Virus record (IMG/VR): IMGVR_UViG_3300037484_000335
Coordinates: 1 to 40,612 of that record
Direction: 5' to 3' (one strand)
Source of the DNA: a virus
Lineage: Duplodnaviria > Caudoviricetes
Length of the DNA: 40,612 bases
Below are positions 16,861-25,859 of this stretch, in pieces; the stretch's first letter is position 1; each line of letters opens with the position of its first letter. The notes below the pieces were generated by a model that saw only the letters and a list, made by a program, of their open reading frames with translations, was not told the origin of the DNA and searched no databases. The position numbers and the translations under genes are program-made.

Positions 16861-17771
16861 TTAAGGCATTTCCAAAAATCTTTGCCATCGGTTCTGATTA
16901 TATCCGTGACCTCTTTACCTCAGAAGTGGAAATAACCGAAAAGGTTGATGGGTCCCAATTCGTCTTTGGTAAGGTTGAAGGGACGCTATACATGCGTAGC
17001 CGTGGGAAGCAAATATTTCCAGAGGCCCCCGACAAGATGTTCAATGAAGCTGTCTCCTACGTCTGCTCTATCGAAGGTAGGATACCAGACAATACCATCT
17101 ACTATTGCGAATACCTCAAGAGTCCTAAGCACAACGTCTTAAGGTATGCCCGCACACCTCGTAATCACCTGATCCTGTTCGGGGTGTCAGACCACACAGA
17201 TCGGTTTATAAGCAAACACAGCCATCTGATAGACTTGGCCGAGGACCTCGGTATTGAAGCCGTACCGGTGTTGTTTCACGGCAAGATAGACAACGTGGAG
17301 CAGATTCGCGATCTTCTGGATCGGGTAAGTGTTTTGGGAGAGGTGAAGATAGAGGGCGTCGTTGCAAAGAACTATACCATACCGTTTCTTCTGGGTGGAC
17401 AGCCGATTCCGTTGATGGCGGGGAAGTATGTATCTGAAGGGTTTAAAGAGGTGCACCGGGAGAAGTGGGGTTCAGAGTTTACGACTCGCGGAAAGTGGGA
17501 AGTATTCTTGGAGAGTTTCAGAACTGAAGCCAGATGGCATAAGGCAATTCAGCACCTTGCGGAAGGCGGGGTACTTGAAAATTCTCCGCGAGACATCGGG
17601 CACCTCATCAAAGAAATTCACAACGATGTTGAGGCTGAGGAGAAAGAGAGCATTAAGAACTTCTTGTGGAATCACTTCAAAGGGGATATCCAGCGCAAGG
17701 CTGTCGCGGGGTTCCCTGAGTGGTATAAACAGCGTCTTCTGGAAAGAGCGGTGGAGAACAGTGGATCTTGA
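16857..17771 (+). CDS. ATP-dependent RNA ligase family nucleotidyltransferase (Rnl2-like)
   Basis: TEKVDGSQF (motif I), YCEY (III), LFGV (IIIa), EGVVAK (IV) and GKYVSEGFKE (V). Confidence 0.8.
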   Translation: MIKAFPKIFAIGSDYIRDLFTSEVEITEKVDGSQFVFGKVEGTLYMRSRGKQIFPEAPDKMFNEAVSYVCSIEGRIPDNTIYYCEYLKSPKHNVLRYARTPRNHLILFGVSDHTDRFISKHSHLIDLAEDLGIEAVPVLFHGKIDNVEQIRDLLDRVSVLGEVKIEGVVAKNYTIPFLLGGQPIPLMAGKYVSEGFKEVHREKWGSEFTTRGKWEVFLESFRTEARWHKAIQHLAEGGVLENSPRDIGHLIKEIHNDVEAEEKESIKNFLWNHFKGDIQRKAVAGFPEWYKQRLLERAVENSGS

Positions 17772-18972
17772 AATTGAAAAAAGCCTAATCTCCTCTCTCC
17801 TCTCCCTGGATATTACCCGGGACGAAGTGAACCAGGTCAGGGAGATAGTGAACGAGAAGGATTTTCTGGGTTCACTCTATCGCACGGCGTTCGAGACGAT
17901 TATGCGTTTACACGAAAACGGGGAAGATGTGAATATCGTCTCCGTCTACAATGCCGTGGGAATCCCCGCGAGTGAGTTTTTGACGCATATCGACGGACGT
18001 AGTGACGTTCCGTTATGGCCTCCCTTCCTTGCCCGTCAACTTCGTCAGCGGAATCTGAACGCGGAGATATCGAAACTGGTTCACGAAAAGAATTATATAG
18101 CCGCCAAAGAGAAGATTGATGAGTTTTCTATGCTCGGACAGGAAGAGGATATTATCACCATCAACGATCTGTTTTCAAAAGAGCATGAGGATTTGGGATT
18201 ACAGATTAGGACAGGGTTTACGAAGTTGGATCAGAAGATGGTAATACGCCCTACCTACAATATTACTCTGGCTGGAAGATCGGGAGTTGGTAAAACGGCA
18301 TTAGGGATGAATATGATGGCCGGTTCAAATGTAAAGGCAGGCATCATTTCCTTGGAAATGGGTGAGGAAGCCATGAAGGAGAGGATTGCTGTGCAGTACA
18401 CCGCTAAGCACTTGAACGATGTTTTAAATGAAAAGCTCTTTCTGTCGTGTCCGGCCGCATTCACTTTGCCTGGGGTTCGGAAGGTTCTGGATCGGATGGT
18501 TGGAAAGTATGGGGTGAAGTTTGTGTTAGTGGACTACATCCAACTCATGTCTGACAATAGCCGGCGCTGGCAGAATCGGGCGCAAGAGTGTTCGTTCATC
18601 GTTCGAGGCCTGAAGCAACTCGCCAAAGAGTACAAGGTTGCCATGGTTCATATCTCATCTCTCTCACAGGCTATTGACAAAGTGAGAGGAGAAGATGCTC
18701 CTCCACAGCTCCAGGACTTGAAGGAAACGGGCGAGATAGAATTTAACTCTGTGGCGGTGATGTTTATTCACCGGAAAAAGGGGGAGACAGACAAGCTGAC
18801 GAACGAGTTTGTGGATGCCCGGACCGGAGAGGTTATTGTCGCAAAGTACAGGTTTGGGTCTACGTTTCGATTTGATGTAGCGTGGCTACCGAAGCAAGCG
18901 AGCTACGGGAACCTGGACACACAACACAATGGATACGAAGGAGAATATGGAGGGCTTAGTGATGGAGATTAA
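17761..18972 (+). CDS. dnaB: DnaB-like replicative helicase
   Basis: N-terminal EKSLISSLL domain; GRSGVGKT, ISLEM, VDYIQLM and AKYRFG motifs; GTG start with GGAG RBS. Confidence 0.85.
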   Translation: MDLEIEKSLISSLLSLDITRDEVNQVREIVNEKDFLGSLYRTAFETIMRLHENGEDVNIVSVYNAVGIPASEFLTHIDGRSDVPLWPPFLARQLRQRNLNAEISKLVHEKNYIAAKEKIDEFSMLGQEEDIITINDLFSKEHEDLGLQIRTGFTKLDQKMVIRPTYNITLAGRSGVGKTALGMNMMAGSNVKAGIISLEMGEEAMKERIAVQYTAKHLNDVLNEKLFLSCPAAFTLPGVRKVLDRMVGKYGVKFVLVDYIQLMSDNSRRWQNRAQECSFIVRGLKQLAKEYKVAMVHISSLSQAIDKVRGEDAPPQLQDLKETGEIEFNSVAVMFIHRKKGETDKLTNEFVDARTGEVIVAKYRFGSTFRFDVAWLPKQASYGNLDTQHNGYEGEYGGLSDGD

Positions 18973-19315
18973 AGAAAAAACCGTTGGCAGTATTTCAGAG
19001 GGGTTTTTCGCAATCGTTGATCTATTTGGCCATACCACTCTTGCTGGGCATGTATCGGAGACAACGATTGGCGGCTGTCCATTTGTGAGGGTGGATATTC
19101 CCGGGATCGAAGGAGAATCGCAGCCCGTGACGAAACTGTACGGGAATGGAGCGATTTACGGGATGACGTTGGTATCAGAGGAGGTGGTTCTGGCGTATGT
19201 GAAGCGGTACAAGCCAGCGCCACTGAACGTGTACATGCCGGAGATCAAGCAGGTTGAGAACAAGAAGGTCAGTGAAGACCCGACCGGTCCTTATTACGAC
19301 CAGGATGATGAATAA
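18962..19315 (+). CDS. Conserved hypothetical phage protein
   Basis: AIVDLFGH..LAG...VRVDIP...YGNGAIY pattern; GGAGG RBS. Confidence 0.65.
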   Translation: MEIKEKTVGSISEGFFAIVDLFGHTTLAGHVSETTIGGCPFVRVDIPGIEGESQPVTKLYGNGAIYGMTLVSEEVVLAYVKRYKPAPLNVYMPEIKQVENKKVSEDPTGPYYDQDDE

Positions 19316-19437
19316 CAAACCCGTACGGGGCCTCACACGCAGTTCCCCGGTAGACGCATGGTAGGCGGGGACAGGGAAGATGGGGATAGTAAGACTAACT
19401 TGGCCTACCAGCTAAAATCCAACACAGGAGGTGTTGA

Positions 19438-19794
19438 ATGAAAAAGAGTAAGTGGTTGACAATCTTCACCGTTGTACTGGCACTTTTTATGTGTTTCATC
19501 CTTCAACCGGTATGGGCAGAGGATAAGCCACCTGCGACACCTACGCTCGCTCTGGATGTGAATAAACTTCAGGCCGACTTGGACAAACAGGCGATTGAGT
19601 TGGCGCGAGCTCAACTGGCAAACCTCGAATTACGGATGGCCTTCTATGTCGATAAGTACAAGCTGGAAGAGTTGAACCAGCAGATCATGGATGCCCGGAA
19701 GAAGTTGGCTGATCTGTTGGCGAAACAGAAGGCGAAGGGTGAACCGTCGATAGTGCCGCCGAAGGGAACAACGGAACCCGAGAAAAAGAAATAG
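19438..19794 (+). CDS. Secreted coiled-coil protein
   Basis: Signal peptide ending VWA|E followed by a heptad-rich helix. Confidence 0.65.
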   Translation: MKKSKWLTIFTVVLALFMCFILQPVWAEDKPPATPTLALDVNKLQADLDKQAIELARAQLANLELRMAFYVDKYKLEELNQQIMDARKKLADLLAKQKAKGEPSIVPPKGTTEPEKKK

Positions 19795-19799
19795 GACGC

Positions 19800-19955
19800 T
19801 CCGGGTGGTGACGTTCTGACGAAAACGTGACCTTCAAAGTGGTGACGCTCGGGAAATCCACGAACAACCGGGATGCTGGTTGGAGGTAGTCGGTAGATGG
19901 CGAGACCCACGGCAGATATGCCAGACAAAGCAGGTTTGAATCCTGCACACCCGGA
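19800..19955 (+). ncRNA. Candidate tRNA-like structured RNA
   Basis: TCCGGGTG/CACCCGGA closing stem, T-arm GCAGG-TTTGAAT-CCTGC and internal hairpins; intergenic. Confidence 0.45.
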
Positions 19956-19971
19956 CACTTGAGGAGGACTT

Positions 19972-20352
19972 ATGGCAACCGGAGTCAACAAATTCATCTG
20001 TATCGGATATCTTGGGCGCGACCCTGACGCGAAGTTCTTACCGGACGGTACGGCAGTAACATCTTTCTCTGTAGCCGTCACAGAGAAGTACAAAGACAAG
20101 GAGAATACGGAGTGGATCAACGTGGTGACATTCCGTAGACTGGCTGAGATTTGCGCTCAGTATCTGACGAAGGGAACCCTGGTCTACGTCGAGGGCAAGA
20201 TCAGAACTCGTAGTTGGGAAGATAAGGACGGCAATAAGCGTTACAAGACGGAGATCATCGCCAACGCCATGCAGATCCTGAAGGGCGGGAATAAGTCAGA
20301 GCAGGGCGGTGATAGTTTTGTGGGGGATGGGCAGGAAGAGACACCTTTTTAA
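19972..20352 (+). CDS. ssb: Single-stranded DNA-binding protein
   Basis: VNK...IGYLGRDP, TEW, KGTLVYVEGKIRTRSWEDKDG and an acidic C-terminal PF. Confidence 0.95.
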   Translation: MATGVNKFICIGYLGRDPDAKFLPDGTAVTSFSVAVTEKYKDKENTEWINVVTFRRLAEICAQYLTKGTLVYVEGKIRTRSWEDKDGNKRYKTEIIANAMQILKGGNKSEQGGDSFVGDGQEETPF

Positions 20353-20366
20353 TTTGGAGGAAAGAA

Positions 20367-20594
20367 ATGAGCGCAATCACAGAATATGATAGATGTCCCG
20401 CATGTGGCAAAAAGTTGGCGAACACACTCAAGGAGCAGGGTGGCATCCTTCGAGACAAGAACACAGGGGTCTGCGTCTGCATGAAATGTGGCTGCCACTT
20501 CACCCCGAGGTCACAGGTCCAGGAGATGATTCGGCAGGCTAAGTCACCCATAATTCAACCGGGATCAGCCCAAGGAAGGATGGTGAAATCGTGA
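20367..20594 (+). CDS. Zinc-ribbon protein
   Basis: CPACG...CMKCG; GGAGG RBS. Confidence 0.65.
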   Translation: MSAITEYDRCPACGKKLANTLKEQGGILRDKNTGVCVCMKCGCHFTPRSQVQEMIRQAKSPIIQPGSAQGRMVKS

Positions 20595-20956
20595 GAGTGT
20601 GCCCGAAGTGTTCTTTTCAACCTTCTTTTAACCGAGGAAGCTTCCAAGTCTGTCCGTTATGCGGGTATACCGAAAAGGAATCACAACCTACCCCACGGGA
20701 CTGGAGCCGGGGATGGAAACCATGCCTTGTGAGTAAGCGGCAGGAGTTTGACAGACATATGTGTAGCCATCACATGCTCTCACAAGGGGTACAGGGCTTG
20801 TATCGGGTCTGGTGGGTATATCGGCTATTTGACCTGTTTCCGATCTGCCATTTGCAGGACCCCGTGGCCCTGTTCATCTCAGAGGCGAAAACCACAGAGA
20901 AACCAGATGTGATGGTGGGGTTCACTCCTGTTAACCATGGCGCGGAGTTGAACTGA
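20591..20956 (+). CDS. Zinc-ribbon hypothetical protein
   Basis: CPKC...CPLCG; coupled on both sides. Confidence 0.5.
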   Translation: MRVCPKCSFQPSFNRGSFQVCPLCGYTEKESQPTPRDWSRGWKPCLVSKRQEFDRHMCSHHMLSQGVQGLYRVWWVYRLFDLFPICHLQDPVALFISEAKTTEKPDVMVGFTPVNHGAELN

Positions 20957-21276
20957 TGGAACTCAATCTTGTCTGTGTGGAATGGTGTGATGCGGCGCAA
21001 GCGGACGGTGACGGAGGAGCGTCTATGATTGACGATGACATCCATCCCCTTCGATCCTTCTCTTGTGGCCATCTTCTGCGGAACGACAAAGACAAGATCG
21101 TGATTTCGAGGGACTGGTTTCCTGATAGCGGGGTGATAGGCGGCGGGGTACGGTCGAGACTGTGTATACCGAAGAGGATGGTGTTGAAGATTCACAAACT
21201 CACAGTCAACAAGAAACAGGAGGAAGCGGTAAATGTCACACATCCTAAAAGACAGCGGAAACAGAGAGCAGTTTGA
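20956..21276 (+). CDS. Conserved hypothetical phage protein
   Basis: VEWCDA...SCGHL...IPKRMV pattern. Confidence 0.6.
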   Translation: MELNLVCVEWCDAAQADGDGGASMIDDDIHPLRSFSCGHLLRNDKDKIVISRDWFPDSGVIGGGVRSRLCIPKRMVLKIHKLTVNKKQEEAVNVTHPKRQRKQRAV

Positions 21277-21736
21277 GACTGGGGCGCAAAGGGATACCCG
21301 GGAAGGTAAGGGGCGCTTCGATCTGATTAGTCCCGTCGCGCTCCGTAGGTTGGCCCTAGTGTATGAGCGTGGGGCGAAGAAATATGATGATCACAACTGG
21401 GAGAAGGGAATTCCTATGTCGAGGTGCTTGGATTCAGCCCTACGACACCTAAACCAGTATAAGTTGGGTCACAGAGATGAGGACCACCTTGCTCAAGCTG
21501 CGTGGAACGTATTTTCAATGCTGCACTTTGAGGAACTAAGGCCCGACCTTGATGATCTGCCCTCGTACGAAGTGACCGGGATAACAGAGCCGTTCGAATC
21601 TCCCCATACAGAGGAGATCGTTTGGTCTAAACGTTGCCTCGGATGTGGCATACACATGCTACAGCATTCATACATATTTGTGCGGAACGGTAAGTCACCG
21701 TATTGTGAACGCTGTTATCAGGCACTTAGCACCTAA
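21233..21736 (+). CDS. dATP/dGTP diphosphohydrolase domain protein (DUF5664)
   Basis: GKGRFDLI, GAKKYDDHNWEKG, SALRHL and EDHLAQAAWN motifs. Confidence 0.85.
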   Translation: MSHILKDSGNREQFETGAQRDTREGKGRFDLISPVALRRLALVYERGAKKYDDHNWEKGIPMSRCLDSALRHLNQYKLGHRDEDHLAQAAWNVFSMLHFEELRPDLDDLPSYEVTGITEPFESPHTEEIVWSKRCLGCGIHMLQHSYIFVRNGKSPYCERCYQALST

Positions 21737-21771
21737 TTTTTTTTAACCATCACTTTTACCAGGAGTAAATT

Positions 21772-22659
21772 TTGAACGCATTAGATACCGCATACGAAAA
21801 ACTGAGAGCATGGGGCGCGAAGGTTTCCAACCTATCCCAGAAGCATAGGGTGGAATACGAGAATTTAATGCAAGTGCTCTCGGACGCTATTCAGGTCTTC
21901 ACTAAAGAGGTTGATCGGTCGTCTGTGCAGTCTTGTCTCGAAACCGTAGCCTACCATAAGGGGTTGCAATCCCATCACCTCAAGGAAACCTATTGGCCGT
22001 GCCTCATGGACCTGTTTAACTCCTACGAGATTGCCGCCCTATTTCGAGCAGAACAGAGCACTATTCACAGGAGACTGGATAAGTACAAGCGTGGCGACAA
22101 GAAAGGGGGCCTGTGGGACGGAGATATAGACGTTCCTTACAGTCCTGAAGAGATCGACGAGATGGATAACGACCTTTTTCTGGACGTTGCCATGCGCGGA
22201 GCCAGAAGAACCATCATTCTTGCCACGTACTCGAAAAAGATAGACAGGAACTCCGTAGATGTGGCCAATCGGCTCCTTCTCGCCCAGGACCAGTTGAAGC
22301 GCGGTGAGACAGAGAAGATGTGGAAGCTCAACAAGAGGTGGTTGAATTTCTTCACTTCCGACTTCGTGATTCACCTGACAAAGATTCTATCACCGTTCAA
22401 GCTCAAGGTTGATGCAAAGATTCTGGTCAGTGAAGCTTTAGATGAGGGATACCGGGATCTCTATAAAATCTTTGTGAAGGCACAGGAGCAGCAGGAAGAG
22501 GATGCAATGGCGGGCGCGGTGAAGGCAGCCAAAAGGAGAGGATCGTGGAAGAAGAAAAGGTCGAAAGTAGTTGGCTCCACTGTTCTGACAGAGGATGCAG
22601 AGTCCATAGAGAATACTGCACCAGAATCGGATGCAAGCACGCAGGAGGGGTCAGGGTAG
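21772..22659 (+). CDS. HTH-containing protein, candidate terminase small subunit
   Basis: SYEIAALFRAEQSTIHRRL HTH; helical; lies upstream of the large terminase (role is inference). Confidence 0.45.
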   Translation: MNALDTAYEKLRAWGAKVSNLSQKHRVEYENLMQVLSDAIQVFTKEVDRSSVQSCLETVAYHKGLQSHHLKETYWPCLMDLFNSYEIAALFRAEQSTIHRRLDKYKRGDKKGGLWDGDIDVPYSPEEIDEMDNDLFLDVAMRGARRTIILATYSKKIDRNSVDVANRLLLAQDQLKRGETEKMWKLNKRWLNFFTSDFVIHLTKILSPFKLKVDAKILVSEALDEGYRDLYKIFVKAQEQQEEDAMAGAVKAAKRRGSWKKKRSKVVGSTVLTEDAESIENTAPESDASTQEGSG

Positions 22660-22761
22660 TTAACAGACTCTATCAGTGTCCCTACGTGACCATGGCCGAT
22701 ATCAAGGCGACAGAGGCTGTGGCAGCACGGAAGGGAAAGAAAAAATCAAAGGAGGTGTCGG

Positions 22762-23625
22762 ATGAGATGGTTGAGTGAAGCCTTAGTGGTTCTGGTGTTG
22801 ATGGTGATAGCCAGCGTGTCGTTTGCGGCTTCTGTGGAGGATTTGCACAAAGATATTCTTTATCCCACGGTACGGGTCAGGGCCTCGGGCGGGGTAGGGT
22901 CTGGGGTGATGATAGCTTCCAACAAGGTTCCGGGGATGGAGGGATGCTTTGCGACCTATGTATTGACGAATCACCACGTGATCGACGGTGCCATTCAAAT
23001 TCAGGAACAGTGGGACAGCCTTAAGAAGAAGATGATAAAGAAGGAAACTCGGGCAACGATTGAGGTGGAGATATTCAAGTATCAGAACATGAGTGTATCT
23101 ACGGGTACACTCTTGATTCAGGCCGATATTGTCGAGTGGAACAAGGAGCATGATTTGGCGATATTAAAATTACGGAGTGACGAACGGTGTCTGACAGTGA
23201 AGCTCTTACCTGCGGATGCCGTCGAAAAACTCAGAATATTTCAATCTGTCTTCGTCTGTGGCGCGGGGTTGGGTCGATCCCCGTTTCCTACCAGTGGTCA
23301 AATTGCTTCCCTCAATGACGAAATTGAGAACTTACCTTACTGGATGCTGAATGCGCCTGCTGTGTTTGGGAACAGTGGTGGGGGTGCGTTCCTGGCTGGG
23401 AGCAGGGAGTTTATTGGGATACCAAGTCGAATTGCTGTGACATTCGCACAGTGGGCACCTAATGCCGTCTACCACATGAACTACATCATCCCCATCTCTC
23501 GGATCTACAAGTGGCTGACCGATACCGGGTGGGCCATGCTCTTCGACCCGAACGCTCCTGATCACGAGGCTTGGCTGAAGTCGCAGAAGGCCGACACAGA
23601 GAAGGAGGTGAAACATGGCGATTAA
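22762..23625 (+). CDS. Secreted trypsin-like serine protease
   Basis: Signal peptide; catalytic triad motifs LTNHHV, DLAIL and GNSGGG. Confidence 0.85.
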   Translation: MRWLSEALVVLVLMVIASVSFAASVEDLHKDILYPTVRVRASGGVGSGVMIASNKVPGMEGCFATYVLTNHHVIDGAIQIQEQWDSLKKKMIKKETRATIEVEIFKYQNMSVSTGTLLIQADIVEWNKEHDLAILKLRSDERCLTVKLLPADAVEKLRIFQSVFVCGAGLGRSPFPTSGQIASLNDEIENLPYWMLNAPAVFGNSGGGAFLAGSREFIGIPSRIAVTFAQWAPNAVYHMNYIIPISRIYKWLTDTGWAMLFDPNAPDHEAWLKSQKADTEKEVKHGD

Positions 23626-23935
23626 GGCTGCCATTTTGCTCATTGGTCTATGTATCCTGATCGCCGTAATGGGGAGCGGTTGTAAGGGTTCCCTTGACTC
23701 CATAGCGAACTATTCGGTGGAGGTCAAGGGAACGGATAGTGCGGGGCTTTCAACATTCCTCCTGGACAGGAAAATGATCGGGACAGAGTTGGACGTATCA
23801 GACCATGGGGTTGCTCGCCTCAAGTTTCTGATGCGTGACCGAATACAAATGGGAGACAAGATTCACACGCTGGACTGGGATATGACAATTCGGCTTCCAG
23901 AGGGTATGGGGTTCAAGATTGTGAGGGCGAAGTAA
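23615..23935 (+). CDS. Putative lipoprotein
   Basis: Hydrophobic leader ending in lipobox-like GSGC. Confidence 0.55.
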   Translation: MAIKAAILLIGLCILIAVMGSGCKGSLDSIANYSVEVKGTDSAGLSTFLLDRKMIGTELDVSDHGVARLKFLMRDRIQMGDKIHTLDWDMTIRLPEGMGFKIVRAK

Positions 23936-23937
23936 TA

Positions 23938-25854
23938 ATGCCGTTTCAAGCTGATATACCGAGAACTGTGAACGACATTCTGAGAATCTTCAAGTCTCAC
24001 ATCGAGGCCCTGCAACGGGACTTCTCCTTGACCTACGCAGAGCGGGCGGTGAAGTATTATCGTTACCAGGGCAACCCGATTCAGTTCGCAGGGTACGAGT
24101 GGCAGGTACAGCTACTCAACGACATGCATCCTCGGCAAGTAGCTACGAAGCGGTCCCAGGTTGGGGCTACGTTTGTCTTCCTTCTAAAAGTGCTCCTGTT
24201 CCTCGAACAGTATGCCCTGATCCCCTTCCACTATACCGGGGATCAAGGACAGGACATGACGAGGTTCCCTACCGTCATTTATACCCTGGAAACTGGGGAT
24301 AAAGCTGGGGACTTTTCATCAGACAGGCTGGCTGACCTGCTCAGGGAAAACAAGTTCCTGGCGGATCTACTGGAAGAGGGTGAAATCGATCAGGTGAAGT
24401 TGAAGAAGTTCGGCAGGGCCGGACTCTATTTAGGAGGCAGACACAATGTTAAGGCGGTTACAACAATACCAGGAGATATGTTGGCTGGGGATGAGTGGGA
24501 TCGAACGGACGATAAGAGTGTTGCAGAGCAATTGGAATCGCGGTTAAAGGCATCCCCTTTCTTCCGCGCCAAGACTCAGAGGGGCATGTTTCTGAAGTTC
24601 TCCACCCCAGAACAGGCTGACTGGGGCGTGTCGAAGGACTACGATGAATTGAGCGACCAGCATGTGTTTCTGATAAAATGCAGCCGCTGTAACCATTGGG
24701 ATGAAATGGTCTACCCCGAATCGGTTGGCGACTGGTACGAGAAGGGGCACACGAGAAAGGCTGACCCGTTCTATATGTGCCTCAAGTGTCACCGCGAGCT
24801 TGATTTCAGTGAGATTGGGAAGTGGAAGAGTTCTGACCCATTAAAAATCCACAATGCTGAATGGGTTCCAATGAAGAAGGAGTATTACGAAACCGTCACC
24901 CGCTATGGTGAGGGGGTCAGGGGATACCGTATCCCATGGGGGTACTCGTCCTCCGTCCATGAGGTGATGAGAGAGAGGGATCAGAATTCGATCCTTTACT
25001 TTCATCACCACACCCTCGGAATCCCCTACCAAGATAAGAAAAGCGGGTTGACGATGGATGTGTTTAATGCCGCAAAGACCCCTGGCCTCCGGTTTGGCTA
25101 TGACTCGAACTACATTCACGTAATGGGAGTGGATCAGGGAGCCTATGCAACGATCTGGCGGTTACGTCCAAACACAAAGTCTGAGACGTTCCCAATCGGT
25201 AGGTGGCAGGTGGTGTGGGCTGAATTCAGTCCTGATTCAGACGCCTTTAAGACCTTTATAACCGGAGAAGATGGCAAGATGTACCCGAAGCCGGGGCGAT
25301 TGAATCAACTCATGGAGCAATTTCATATCGTTCTATGTGTAGTCGATGCTGAACCCTCCGGGAACGATGCCAACAACTTTCAACTGGATTACATGAAACC
25401 TCAACCGAAGGTCTGGGTGAACCACTCTACCCAGGTGAATTTTGATGATCCCTTACTCGGTTTCAAGTGGACCGACAAGGAAAAGGAGCCGTCCGGTGAA
25501 GAGATATGGGTGGCGAAGATTGTGGAGGATAAAGCGGGTGCGTTGGATGCGTATTTTAATTTTCTTAATCAAGGTGGACTTGAGATTCCAGAGGATGAAG
25601 CAGAACTGGAAACGCTCATCCAGCATCACCTGAATATCAAGAAAACTACCGAAGAGAAGAAGATGGCGCACGGGAAGGTGAAGTATTTGACGCACTATTA
25701 TTTTGTTGGAAATGGGGACCATTTTGGTCAATCGGGAAAGATGACGTTCCAGGCGGCATCTCTATATCACAGAATTGATTACCTTAATCCCACTATCGTT
25801 ATTGCCTCCGGACAGATCTCCGGAACCCGCTTTAGAAGCGAAAGGAGAGCGTAA
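23938..25854 (+). CDS. Terminase large subunit (lambda GpA-like)
   Basis: KRSQVGAT, DEWDR, FSTP, CSRC/CLKC zinc motif and GVDQG nuclease motif. Confidence 0.85.
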   Translation: MPFQADIPRTVNDILRIFKSHIEALQRDFSLTYAERAVKYYRYQGNPIQFAGYEWQVQLLNDMHPRQVATKRSQVGATFVFLLKVLLFLEQYALIPFHYTGDQGQDMTRFPTVIYTLETGDKAGDFSSDRLADLLRENKFLADLLEEGEIDQVKLKKFGRAGLYLGGRHNVKAVTTIPGDMLAGDEWDRTDDKSVAEQLESRLKASPFFRAKTQRGMFLKFSTPEQADWGVSKDYDELSDQHVFLIKCSRCNHWDEMVYPESVGDWYEKGHTRKADPFYMCLKCHRELDFSEIGKWKSSDPLKIHNAEWVPMKKEYYETVTRYGEGVRGYRIPWGYSSSVHEVMRERDQNSILYFHHHTLGIPYQDKKSGLTMDVFNAAKTPGLRFGYDSNYIHVMGVDQGAYATIWRLRPNTKSETFPIGRWQVVWAEFSPDSDAFKTFITGEDGKMYPKPGRLNQLMEQFHIVLCVVDAEPSGNDANNFQLDYMKPQPKVWVNHSTQVNFDDPLLGFKWTDKEKEPSGEEIWVAKIVEDKAGALDAYFNFLNQGGLEIPEDEAELETLIQHHLNIKKTTEEKKMAHGKVKYLTHYYFVGNGDHFGQSGKMTFQAASLYHRIDYLNPTIVIASGQISGTRFRSERRA

Positions 25855-25859
25855 GTAGC

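Noticed and set aside
17428-17760. N-terminal extension of DnaB in the ORF track
   Set aside because: Overlaps the ligase gene; DnaB similarity and an RBS begin at GTG 17761
19341-19418. SAM-II riboswitch (ends in AGCTAAAA)
   Set aside because: Lacks the conserved GAUUU/AAAU core; the downstream gene is unrelated to SAM
19868-19955. Canonical tRNA starting at CCGGGATG
   Set aside because: The acceptor stem needs a bulge and no proper D or anticodon arm forms; kept only as part of the larger tRNA-like candidate
21233-21736. 2-aminoadenine (Z) genome system
   Set aside because: DUF5664 alone is not enough; no PurZ or dedicated polymerase in the window
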